This document shows positions 19,278-28,100 of a stretch of DNA of 32,000 bases, in pieces. The position numbers and the translations under genes are program-made. Source of the stretch: Vibrio vulnificus CMCP6 (GTDB lineage Bacteria > Pseudomonadota > Gammaproteobacteria > Enterobacterales > Vibrionaceae); NCBI RefSeq assembly GCF_000039765.1, contig NC_004460.2, forward strand, positions 60,001 to 92,000, written 5' to 3'. Each line of letters starts with the position of its first letter. Within the stretch, counting starts at the first letter, position 1. The notes under the pieces were generated by a model. The model was not told where the DNA came from. It worked only from the letters and a program-made list of their open reading frames with translations, and made no database searches.

Positions 19278-20397
19278 CACTGTGTTGGTGGTGGATGATA
19301 ACTCTGAAAATCGTTCTCTACTTAACGGGTTGCTCAGCTCAACCTATCGAGTATTGATTGCCACCAATGGTATGCAGGCGATTTCTGCGTGCCAGTCTCA
19401 CCTGCCGGATATTGTTCTTCTCGACATCATGATGCCAGAGATGGATGGCTATGAAGTGTGTCTTCAACTCAAAGCCGATCCCAGAACAGCGCACATTCCA
19501 ATTATCTTTCTGACCGCAAAATCACAGATTGAAGATGAGCAAAAAGGTTTCGACGTCGGAGCGGTGGATTACATCTTAAAACCGATCAGCCCGCCAATTT
19601 TAATGTCTCGCGTTCGGAATCACCTTAAACTCAAACACGCGATGGAGGAGCTGGCGCAGCAAAATACTGTTCTGGAAGACAAAGTGAAGGCCAGAACTCA
19701 TGAGCTGGAATCCTTGCAAGATGCCACCATTGGTGCGATGGCCTCTTTGGCAGAAACGCGTGACAATGAAACCGGCAATCACATTCGTCGGACTCAGCAC
19801 TATATTCGTTTGTTGGGCGAGCAACTGATTCGAGAAGGGCTGTTTTTAGACCAACTCAACGAGAGCACGTTGGATGTATTGTATAAGTCTGCCCCTTTGC
19901 ATGATATCGGCAAAGTCGGCATCCCTGATGAGGTATTGCTCAAACCCGGCAAGCTCACGGACGAGGAGTTTGAGATCATGAAAAGCCATACCGAGCTTGG
20001 TAAACTCGTGATCGAAACCGTGGAAGAGTCGATTGATTTTCAATGTGATTTCTTAATGTACGCCAAAGAAATTGCCTATTCTCACCAAGAAAAGTGGGAT
20101 GGTTCTGGCTATCCACAGAAAATCAAAGGGGAGGCGATTCCGCTGAGTGCCCGTATGATGGCGATTGCCGACGTGTATGATGCGCTGATTTCTCATCGTG
20201 TCTACAAACCTGCATTTAGCCATGAAAAAGCGGTATCGATCATTTCAGAGGGCAAAGGAAGCCATTTTGACCCACGAATCGTTGATTCGTTTATGAACAT
20301 TCATGAGCAATTTAGAGATGTCGCGGCAAGATTTAGCGATGACGAGCATCACCACCAAAACGCCGCTGAAATTACCCAGAAAACCAGTGCCAGATAA
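19261..20397 (+). CDS. Response regulator with HD-GYP domain (RpfG-type; predicted c-di-GMP phosphodiesterase)
   Basis: REC: VLVVDDN, VLLDIMMPEMDG, LKP. A coiled-coil linker follows. HD-GYP: HIRRTQHY, LHDIGKVGIPD, HQEKWDGSGYP, MAIADVYDAL. The start at 19261 (MEGNRD, RBS ggagag) overlaps the kinase 3' end by 17 nt. Confidence 0.9.
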   Translation: MEGNRDTVLVVDDNSENRSLLNGLLSSTYRVLIATNGMQAISACQSHLPDIVLLDIMMPEMDGYEVCLQLKADPRTAHIPIIFLTAKSQIEDEQKGFDVGAVDYILKPISPPILMSRVRNHLKLKHAMEELAQQNTVLEDKVKARTHELESLQDATIGAMASLAETRDNETGNHIRRTQHYIRLLGEQLIREGLFLDQLNESTLDVLYKSAPLHDIGKVGIPDEVLLKPGKLTDEEFEIMKSHTELGKLVIETVEESIDFQCDFLMYAKEIAYSHQEKWDGSGYPQKIKGEAIPLSARMMAIADVYDALISHRVYKPAFSHEKAVSIISEGKGSHFDPRIVDSFMNIHEQFRDVAARFSDDEHHHQNAAEITQKTSAR

Positions 20398-20543
20398 CGT
20401 GAGTTTGTCAAAAGGAACTCATTGAATGTGATGGGTTTTGCTACTTATTTGCGCCTTGAGCAGCCATAGAATCTGCACGGTTTTGTGCTATCATGGCCAA
20501 CAATATTCCACACTCTTCTCTCATTTGTTGGCAGTGACAATTC

Positions 20544-21677
20544 ATGAAGTTCATCCATACCTCAGATTGGCATCTCGGACGCCAGTTTCACAACGTTTCA
20601 CTCCTTGATGATCAACGCGTCGTGCTCGACCAGTTAGTCAATTATATTCGAAATCATCCCGTTGATGCCGTTGTTGTTGCTGGCGATATTTTTGATCGCT
20701 CGGTGCCTCCTACTGCGGCCATCGAATTGCTCGGCAAAACGATTGATGAAATTTGTGGTGAGCTTGATACACCGATGATCCTGATTCCAGGCAACCATGA
20801 TGGTGCTGCGCGTTTGGGCTTTGGTGCCTCGCAAATGAAACCCTCAGGGCTGCATATCATTAGCCAGTTCTCACAAATGATCGAACCGGTTGTGCTTAAA
20901 AGTGAGAGGGCGGGCGAGGTGGCATTTTATGGCATGCCTTACAGCGATCCTGAACAAGTACGCGACGCATTTGGCGTGCTGGTGAGCAATTATGATGAGG
21001 CGCATCGCGTCTTGGTTGATGAAATTCGCCAGCATTTTGATCCCAAACAGCGTCAAGTGCTATTGAGCCACTGTTTTGTCGATGGGGCGCAGAGCAGTGA
21101 GTCGGAGCGTCCACTTTCCATCGGTGGATCTGACCGCGTTAGCTATGAGCATTTTTCCATTTTTGATTACGTCGCCTTAGGGCACCTGCACCAACCACAA
21201 AAGCGAGTGGAAGAACACATTCGTTATAGTGGTTCATTGATGAAATACAGTTTTTCTGAGCAGTTCCAGAAAAAAGGATTCATGTTAGTGGAGTTGGATG
21301 AAAACGGTTTTGTCTGCGCAGAGCATATTGCGCTCGATGCCCCTCATGACATGCGGGTGATTGAGGGCGAAATGAACGATATTCTCGAACAAGGTAAGCA
21401 AGATCCCAATTATCAGGACTATTTGCTTGTTCGCTTGCACGACAAACATGCCATTTTAAACCCGATGGAAAAGTTACGAGCGGTCTATCCCAATGTTCTT
21501 CATTTAGAAAAACCAGGGATGTTAATGAACGTAGAGCAAGGGTTATCGCAAGCTAAATTGGCTCGTAGCGAAGTTGACATGTTTCGTGATTTCTTTGCAC
21601 AAGCGCAGGACAACCCACTGAGCGAAACGCAAGATGCCGCGATTTGCCAGCTCATTCAACAATTGACCAAGTCTTAG
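20544..21677 (+). CDS. sbcD: Exonuclease SbcD (Mre11-like nuclease subunit)
   Basis: 377 aa. Calcineurin-like phosphoesterase motifs MKFIHTSDWHLG, VVAGDIFD, GNHD and GHLH. Confidence 0.9.
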   Translation: MKFIHTSDWHLGRQFHNVSLLDDQRVVLDQLVNYIRNHPVDAVVVAGDIFDRSVPPTAAIELLGKTIDEICGELDTPMILIPGNHDGAARLGFGASQMKPSGLHIISQFSQMIEPVVLKSERAGEVAFYGMPYSDPEQVRDAFGVLVSNYDEAHRVLVDEIRQHFDPKQRQVLLSHCFVDGAQSSESERPLSIGGSDRVSYEHFSIFDYVALGHLHQPQKRVEEHIRYSGSLMKYSFSEQFQKKGFMLVELDENGFVCAEHIALDAPHDMRVIEGEMNDILEQGKQDPNYQDYLLVRLHDKHAILNPMEKLRAVYPNVLHLEKPGMLMNVEQGLSQAKLARSEVDMFRDFFAQAQDNPLSETQDAAICQLIQQLTKS

Positions 21678-21685
21678 GAATCGCG

Positions 21686-24600
21686 ATGAAACCACTCAAA
21701 CTTACCATGCAGGCGTTTGGTCCATTTGCTGAACGTGAAGTTATTGATTTTACCCAACTGGGTGAAAACCCACTGTTTCTAATTAATGGGCCCACAGGTT
21801 CGGGAAAAACCTCTATCTTGGATGCGATCAGTTTCGCCCTTTATGGCGAAACCACAGGCAATGAGCGCCAAGGTATGCAGATGCGTTCAGATTTGGCCTC
21901 TATCCATCTAGCCACGGAAGTGACGTTAGAGTTTCTGCTACACGGAAAACGCTATAAGGTGATTCGCCTGCCTGAGCAAGAGGCGGCAAAAGCGCGCGGT
22001 GAAGGCACCACCACCAAAAAACACACTGCCGCGCTTTATCTTTGCCAAGATGACGAAGAGCTGATCACCAGCAAAACGGCTGAAGTGAAAACGCGAGTGA
22101 CGGAATTGATTGGCTTGAACGAAACGCAGTTTCGCCAAGTCATGGTGTTGCCACAGGGAAAATTCCGCGATTTGCTGCTGGCGAGTTCCAAAGATCGTGA
22201 AGAGATTTTTGGCCAACTGTTCCAAACCGAAATTTACAAACGCATTGAATGGGCGCTAAAAGACAAAGCCAATGCGATTAGTAAAGCCAAAGAAGAGTTT
22301 GATAACCAAATTCGTGGGGCGCTAGAGGTGGCGGATGTCAGTGATGAGCAGGCGCTCAAAGAGGCGCTTGCAGACAAAAAAACGCAACTGATGCAGTGGC
22401 AAGAGACAGAGAAACACGCTCTCGAGCGTTACAATTCGGCCAAGCAATCCCTTTCCACGGCTAAGGCTCTGGTGGAGGATTTTAATAAACTGGCTTTGGC
22501 CAAAACGAATTTAGATGCCCATTTGGCGAAAAATGATCAGATGTTTCACTTGGCGCAAAAGCTGGAACAAGCACGACAAGCTCAGCAGCTTGACGCACCG
22601 TATCGCCAGTGGAAAAACGCACTCAATGATGTTCATGCTCAGCAAGGCAAAATTGACGAGCTTAACGCATCATTAAACATACTGTTGTTGCAGAGCAATG
22701 AGCTGGAACAACAGTGTTTGCAGGCGCAGAAAAATGCCGAACAAATTCCTCAGCTACAACAGCGAACGTATGAATTAGAGACGGTTAAAAGCAAGCTGGT
22801 GGAAAAAGCCCAGTTTGAACAAGAGATCATTCGTCTTGAAGAAGAAGTACAGAAATTTGCTCATCAATTAAAACGCGTGCAAGAACATAAAGTCGTGATG
22901 CAGCAGGAACTGACGTCCGCCATTGAAGCGTTTGAAAAGGCAAAGCAGCAAGCGGCAGAGATACCGAGACTTGAAGCGCGAGAGAGTGAGCTTAAGCGTC
23001 AGATCAGTGACTATGAACAATACCAGAATCTGAATACAGCGCTGCAGAATTTACTCACACAAACTGAACAAAAAGAGCAGTTACATCAGCAAGCCAAGCA
23101 GCATTGGCTCAACGCCCAACAGTCTGCGGATAGCATAGAACTGAGTTGGCATAATGGCCAAGCCGCTATTTTGGCTCAGCGCCTTCATCAAGGGGAAGCT
23201 TGCCCAGTTTGTGGTAGCCTCGAACACCCGCAAAAAGCGCAGTTTGTCGGTGAGCCTGTGCATAAACAGCAAGTAGAACAGGCCCGTGAGCAAGAAAAAA
23301 CCGCTCTCGCACAGCTCAATCAACATCACCAAGAGCTGGAGCTGCACCTTGCACAAGTTAAGCAACAGCAGAAAGCGATTGAGGAAAAAGCAACACAACT
23401 CGGTGAGCTGCTTAACAGCCCGTTAGAAACCTTGCAGGCGCAAGCTCTTGAAATCCATCACACACTCAAACAGCTGCAAGGGTTGGATCTCGCTCAGCAA
23501 GAAAGTCATGTTAAACAACTGACCGAGCGTTGTGCGAAGGGCGAGGAGATGGAAAAAGAACTCGCTCAGCAACATATTTCTAGCAGAGCAACGTTGAAAG
23601 AAAAAACGCAACAGTTGGCGAAGTTCAGCCAACAAATTGCCGCACAATTTAGCCATGTAGCCCAAGTTGAGCTGGAAATTGCGCAGCTCAAGCAACAAAC
23701 GACGGCTTTACAAACGGCAAAAGAGACGAGCCAAAAGCGTTTTGATGAGATTCAACAAACGCTTGCCGCGCGTCAAAGTGAAGTTAAGGCACACGGTGAG
23801 ATGTTGCTGCAGACTCAGCAGCGCAGTGAACAAAACCAAACTGCATGGTTGGAGGCGTTGTCTGCATCGTCATTTGACGATGAACCGCACTATTTGGCGT
23901 TGCGTGTCGAGCCAGAACAGATCGAACAATGGAAACGTGAGATTGAGCAACATCAACAGCAGGCGACACGTTTAGAGCAGAGTTATCACGACCTTAAAGA
24001 GCGTTTGAAAGATCAGCAAGCACCCGAGCTTGAGCAATTAGAGCTGTTGGTGACAACGACAGAACAGCAGTATCAACAGAACAAAAATGAGTTGGATGCG
24101 GTGCGTTCACTGGTGGCGAAGCTTGAGACCGTGCAAGCGAAGATTGCTGAACTGCACACGCATAATCATCGCCTTGAAGAAGAGTACAAGGTTTTTGGCA
24201 CACTCTACGATGTGGCAAGCGGCAAAACAGGCAGTCGCATTAGCTTGCACCGTTTTGTGTTAGGGGTGTTGCTGGATGATGTACTGATTCAAGCTTCGCA
24301 TCGTTTGGCATTAATGAGCAAAGGTCGCTACCAGTTAACGCGAAAAACCGAAGGGTTTAAGGGCACGGCGGGTCGCGGGCTCGATCTGATTGTGGAAGAC
24401 AGCTACACCGGAAAATCGCGTGATGTCGCCACACTCTCAGGTGGTGAATCGTTCATGGCCGCACTTTCCCTAGCACTGGGTTTATCGGATGTTGTTCAGT
24501 CATACAGTGGTGGCATTCGTTTAGAGACTTTGTTTATTGATGAAGGCTTTGGTAGCTTGGATCCTGAATCCCTTGATCTTGCGATTCAAACCTTGGTGGA

Positions 24601-24751
24601 GTTGCAGCAAACAGGCCGGATGATCGGGGTGATTTCCCATGTGTCAGAGTTGAAAGAACAAATGCAACAACGGATTGACGTGATACCGTCGCGAGTGGGC
24701 TCTTCGATTCGCCTTAAGTCCGCTTTTGCCGCTAATGCCTCAACAAGTTGA
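21686..24751 (+). CDS. sbcC: Exonuclease SbcC (Rad50-like SMC ATPase)
   Basis: Walker A INGPTGSGKTS at the N-terminus. A very long Q/E/L-rich coiled coil carries the central zinc hook CPVCGS (around nt 23205-23222). The C-terminus has signature LSGGESF and Walker B LFIDEGFG. I chose the start MKPLKLTMQAFGPF at 21686, 9 nt after the sbcD stop. Confidence 0.9.
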   Translation: MKPLKLTMQAFGPFAEREVIDFTQLGENPLFLINGPTGSGKTSILDAISFALYGETTGNERQGMQMRSDLASIHLATEVTLEFLLHGKRYKVIRLPEQEAAKARGEGTTTKKHTAALYLCQDDEELITSKTAEVKTRVTELIGLNETQFRQVMVLPQGKFRDLLLASSKDREEIFGQLFQTEIYKRIEWALKDKANAISKAKEEFDNQIRGALEVADVSDEQALKEALADKKTQLMQWQETEKHALERYNSAKQSLSTAKALVEDFNKLALAKTNLDAHLAKNDQMFHLAQKLEQARQAQQLDAPYRQWKNALNDVHAQQGKIDELNASLNILLLQSNELEQQCLQAQKNAEQIPQLQQRTYELETVKSKLVEKAQFEQEIIRLEEEVQKFAHQLKRVQEHKVVMQQELTSAIEAFEKAKQQAAEIPRLEARESELKRQISDYEQYQNLNTALQNLLTQTEQKEQLHQQAKQHWLNAQQSADSIELSWHNGQAAILAQRLHQGEACPVCGSLEHPQKAQFVGEPVHKQQVEQAREQEKTALAQLNQHHQELELHLAQVKQQQKAIEEKATQLGELLNSPLETLQAQALEIHHTLKQLQGLDLAQQESHVKQLTERCAKGEEMEKELAQQHISSRATLKEKTQQLAKFSQQIAAQFSHVAQVELEIAQLKQQTTALQTAKETSQKRFDEIQQTLAARQSEVKAHGEMLLQTQQRSEQNQTAWLEALSASSFDDEPHYLALRVEPEQIEQWKREIEQHQQQATRLEQSYHDLKERLKDQQAPELEQLELLVTTTEQQYQQNKNELDAVRSLVAKLETVQAKIAELHTHNHRLEEEYKVFGTLYDVASGKTGSRISLHRFVLGVLLDDVLIQASHRLALMSKGRYQLTRKTEGFKGTAGRGLDLIVEDSYTGKSRDVATLSGGESFMAALSLALGLSDVVQSYSGGIRLETLFIDEGFGSLDPESLDLAIQTLVELQQTGRMIGVISHVSELKEQMQQRIDVIPSRVGSSIRLKSAFAANASTS

Positions 24752-24893
24752 GGTGGTAAGTGGGTGATAGCACATAGCCAGACGATCCGTTTGGGAGAAA
24801 TGTGCAGAGCAAATATTGCAGTATAAACAGACAGAATCACCTCGTGAGTTGAGACCAACGATCGAGGCGATTTATTTTCCCCATAACTTTCTT

Positions 24894-24921
24894 TTATCGA
24901 CTTATAAATTTAAGTCGATAA
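24894..24921. promoter_or_regulatory. Perfect 11-bp inverted repeat with 6-bp spacer (ttatcgactta-taaatt-taagtcgataa); candidate operator or weak AT-rich hairpin
   Basis: Read directly from the sequence. It lies in the AT-rich intergenic region, 143 nt after the sbcC stop and about 255 nt before the protease gene. Confidence 0.3.
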
Positions 24922-25174
24922 TCAGTACTTCATTTTTATTGTCAGCATCAATTTTGGGTAGGCTTCTGATTTATTTACCTTCTTAATTTTCTAAGCTTAT
25001 TGTCCGGACGCGATATTGTTCATTATCCTATTGATCTTTATTGTATTTTCATTTGATTGTCATAAAGGGGTGAAAGTATAACTTTAATTTATATTATGAA
25101 TCCAAATGCTAATTGGTAATTAATTGGTCTGGTTGATATTTTGCCTCTATTATTGTCAATAATAAGGCGGGATA

Positions 25175-28100
25175 ATGTCTTTAAAAATAAAAAAAGCGAA
25201 AATCGGAATCGCTATATCAAGTTTGCTCTCCTCCATCTCACTTAATGCGACTACTTTGCCGTCTCCGGATTGGCATGAGTTTACCATGAGTGATGGATCG
25301 GTACGTGAAATGCGTTTAATGGGGAATCAAGCGTTAGCGTGGTACCAAGACCGTGAAGGCACCATTTATCTCTATCAAGGTGATACTTGGTACTACGGTA
25401 AATACGCAGAATTTGATGGTGAGGGCAGAGTGGTTTCAACCGATGTTGTTGTTACTCAAGCTTCGCAAAGTCCAGCGGCATCTAATTCATCACTTCACCC
25501 AGTAAAACCAGCTCGAATTAGCTTTGATGAAGGGTATTCATCAGACATCAACACAACGGAGCACCATGCTGTTGCTTTACGAATCCGTCAAGCAGATCAA
25601 CCTGTTACTCAACCTTTGCTTGTGGTTCAAGTCAGCTTTAATGATGAAGTGATGGTCAATGACTTTACTAACCGAATTTTTGGTCAGGATGGGCAAAGCG
25701 TTAGAGATTACTTTCTCAAAAACAGTTACAACAAGTACGTTGTTACTCCAGCACGAGAAACGCAAGGTACCGCGAATGATGGGGTGATTAACATTTCATT
25801 AGATATGGCGCATCCTGATTGTCACTCCAAAGAGGACAATACTTGTACCACTAGACAACGTGCCATTTTTACGGCGGCTTATGCCGAGCTTGATCAGTAT
25901 ATTGACCTGTCCACATATGACAGCAATGGTGATGGTTTTATCAAGCCCTCAGAACTCTCGGTGATGTTTGTGTTTGCGGGTTACGATGCTGCCGCTGGCG
26001 GTAATCGTCGACCTTACATTTGGCCTCATAAGTTTGCCCATAACAATGAAACCATCGATGGTGTCACCATCAATGCGTATTGCTTGTTTGCTGATTTTCA
26101 AGGCGACCACCAGTCAACAATGGGCGTTATTGCTCACGAACTCGGTCATTTGATGTTGGGTCTTCCAGATTTGTATTCTTATGAGCATGACGGTTCGATA
26201 GGTCATTGGGGTCTGATGGGCGGTGGTTCATGGGGCCGCAAACCTGGCGACCTTTATTCTGGCGACACGCCGGTCAATATGACAGCATGGAGCAAAGAAG
26301 CATCAGGCTTCTTGGAGCCAGATGTTTTAAACAGTAACCAAAGTTATACCGTCAACACCTCTCAAGGTGAAAGCGTCATCTATCTTGATCCTTACCTACA
26401 GAAAATGGGGCCAAGACTCTACTTGCAAAACCGCCGAAAAGTCGACTACGACAGAGCATTGCAAGGAGAAGGCCTGTTGGCGACCTCTGTGGTGATTGAC
26501 AACAAGTTCAACAGTACTGGTCCAATGCAGGTGCAAATATTCCAAGCGGACGGGCTAGATGAACTAAACGCAGGAGGCTGGAGTGACAATGGTGATGTTT
26601 TCCCAGGCAGCAGTAATGTCACCTTACTTTCTGATGACTCAACGCCTTCATTAAGGTTGAACACAGCTGGGCGCAATACCGGCATCACTATCAGTGACAT
26701 TGTCAGTACGAATCAGCATTCAACGTTGACACTGCAATTGCCGGATCAGCGTGGCAAACATGCATGGATGACCTCATTTGCACGTCAATATACGCAATAT
26801 GATCGCCGAATTAATGCACTCGGCTTTGCGGTGGATGTGCATTTTGAAAACACCTCATTAGATGGCATCCATTTTTATGCGCAGAAAAGTGATCAGACAC
26901 AGCCTATGGAATATAAGGTGACCAAATACCCTTATCAAACCAACTGGCGTGGAGATGTGACCTTTAAGGCGGAAGATGGCGTTGAAATTGCTCGTGGGCA
27001 ACTGAATTCCGATGGTGGACGGGCGATGTTCCCACAACCATTCGCACTGACACAAGAGCGTCACCTCATTGTGGTTGAGCTAACTAATGCAATTCCCGAA
27101 TTTTCAACTTCTTATTACGATGCTTATCTCAGCGATGGCATTCGCAAAGAACAGTTCTACGCCGACAATACCACGTTACAAGGTGGCCGAATGAACAGCT
27201 CGCGAGGTCGAAACTTCCCGTTTGCAGCTCTACTACAAACCCAAGTTAACCCGCTTCCTCAAGCTCTGGACGATCAATTCCAAGTTACCCAAGGCCAGAG
27301 TATACAGCTCAACTTAATGAACAATGATACCAACTTAATGCCTGGCCACAGTTTTCAGGTTGAGCTCATGACTCAGCCAAGCAAAGGCACCGTGAACGGA
27401 AAAGAGTATCAAGCTGATTTAGGAGCTGAAGGCGTCGATGAGTTCCAATATCGTTTGCGCGACAGTGAAGGAAACGTAAGTAACACAGCAAAAGTATCTG
27501 TTACTGTATTGGCGATTAACAAACCCCCGGTGATTTCGGCCAAAGTGGTTAATGACGTCGTGTACGTTGGAGGACTCGTTGAGCTGAGTGTTGACAAAGT
27601 GGAGGACGAAGATTCCAAAGCGTTTAGTTACCAATGGCAGCAAATTTCTGGTCCAAAAGTGACGCTACGTAATGGCCAACAGAAAACCAGCAGTTTTGTG
27701 GTTCCTGAAGGTGTGACAGCGAGTGATGTCATGCACTTCAAGGTCACTGTGACTGATGACGCCCAAAATGAAGTCAGCCAAAACGTAGAAGTGAAGGTGA
27801 ATAACCATCAGCCTGAAGCACAAAATGATCACGGCCAAATAAAAGCAGGGGAAGTAAACCGCTTTAGAGTGTTGGACAACGATATTGAGAAAGATGGAGA
27901 GACGCTCACTTTAACTCGGATCGTCTCTCAGCAAGGACTGGGTAAAGCGAGCCTCTCAGGAAATGAAATTGAATTCAGCGCACCAGCGACTTTCGGCAGT
28001 GAAACAAGCACAACGGTGACGTATGAGATCAAAGACCCTCAAGGACTGATGTCTCAAGCAACACTGATCATTCAGTTTGTTAAACCGAAGACTTTAGTGA

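Noticed and set aside
20400-20421. Hairpin tgagtt-N10-aactca after the HD-GYP gene as a terminator
   Set aside because: The stem is only 6 bp and AT-rich, the loop is 10 nt and there is no T-run. I found no convincing terminator before sbcD, so read-through into sbcDC cannot be excluded, but I also cannot claim co-transcription.
16041-21685. Longer track starts for the hybrid kinase (16041), HD-GYP regulator (19237) and sbcC (21644)
   Set aside because: The internal ATGs at 16059, 19261 and 21686 give conserved N-termini (MTESISL; MEGNRDTVLVVDD; MKPLKLTMQAFGPF) and better RBS spacing. The upstream extensions deeply overlap the preceding genes. Start choice remains a prediction.
22300-24200. 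Repetitive-looking CAG/CAA/GAG-rich DNA in the middle of sbcC (possible repeat array)
   Set aside because: It encodes the Q/E/L/K-rich SMC coiled coil flanking the CPVC zinc hook. There are no exact direct repeats or spacer structure, so it is not a CRISPR or tandem repeat.
24828-24866. cctcg...cgagg hairpin after sbcC as its terminator
   Set aside because: The stem is 5 bp with an 18-nt loop. Despite a following tttatttt, this is too weak to call.
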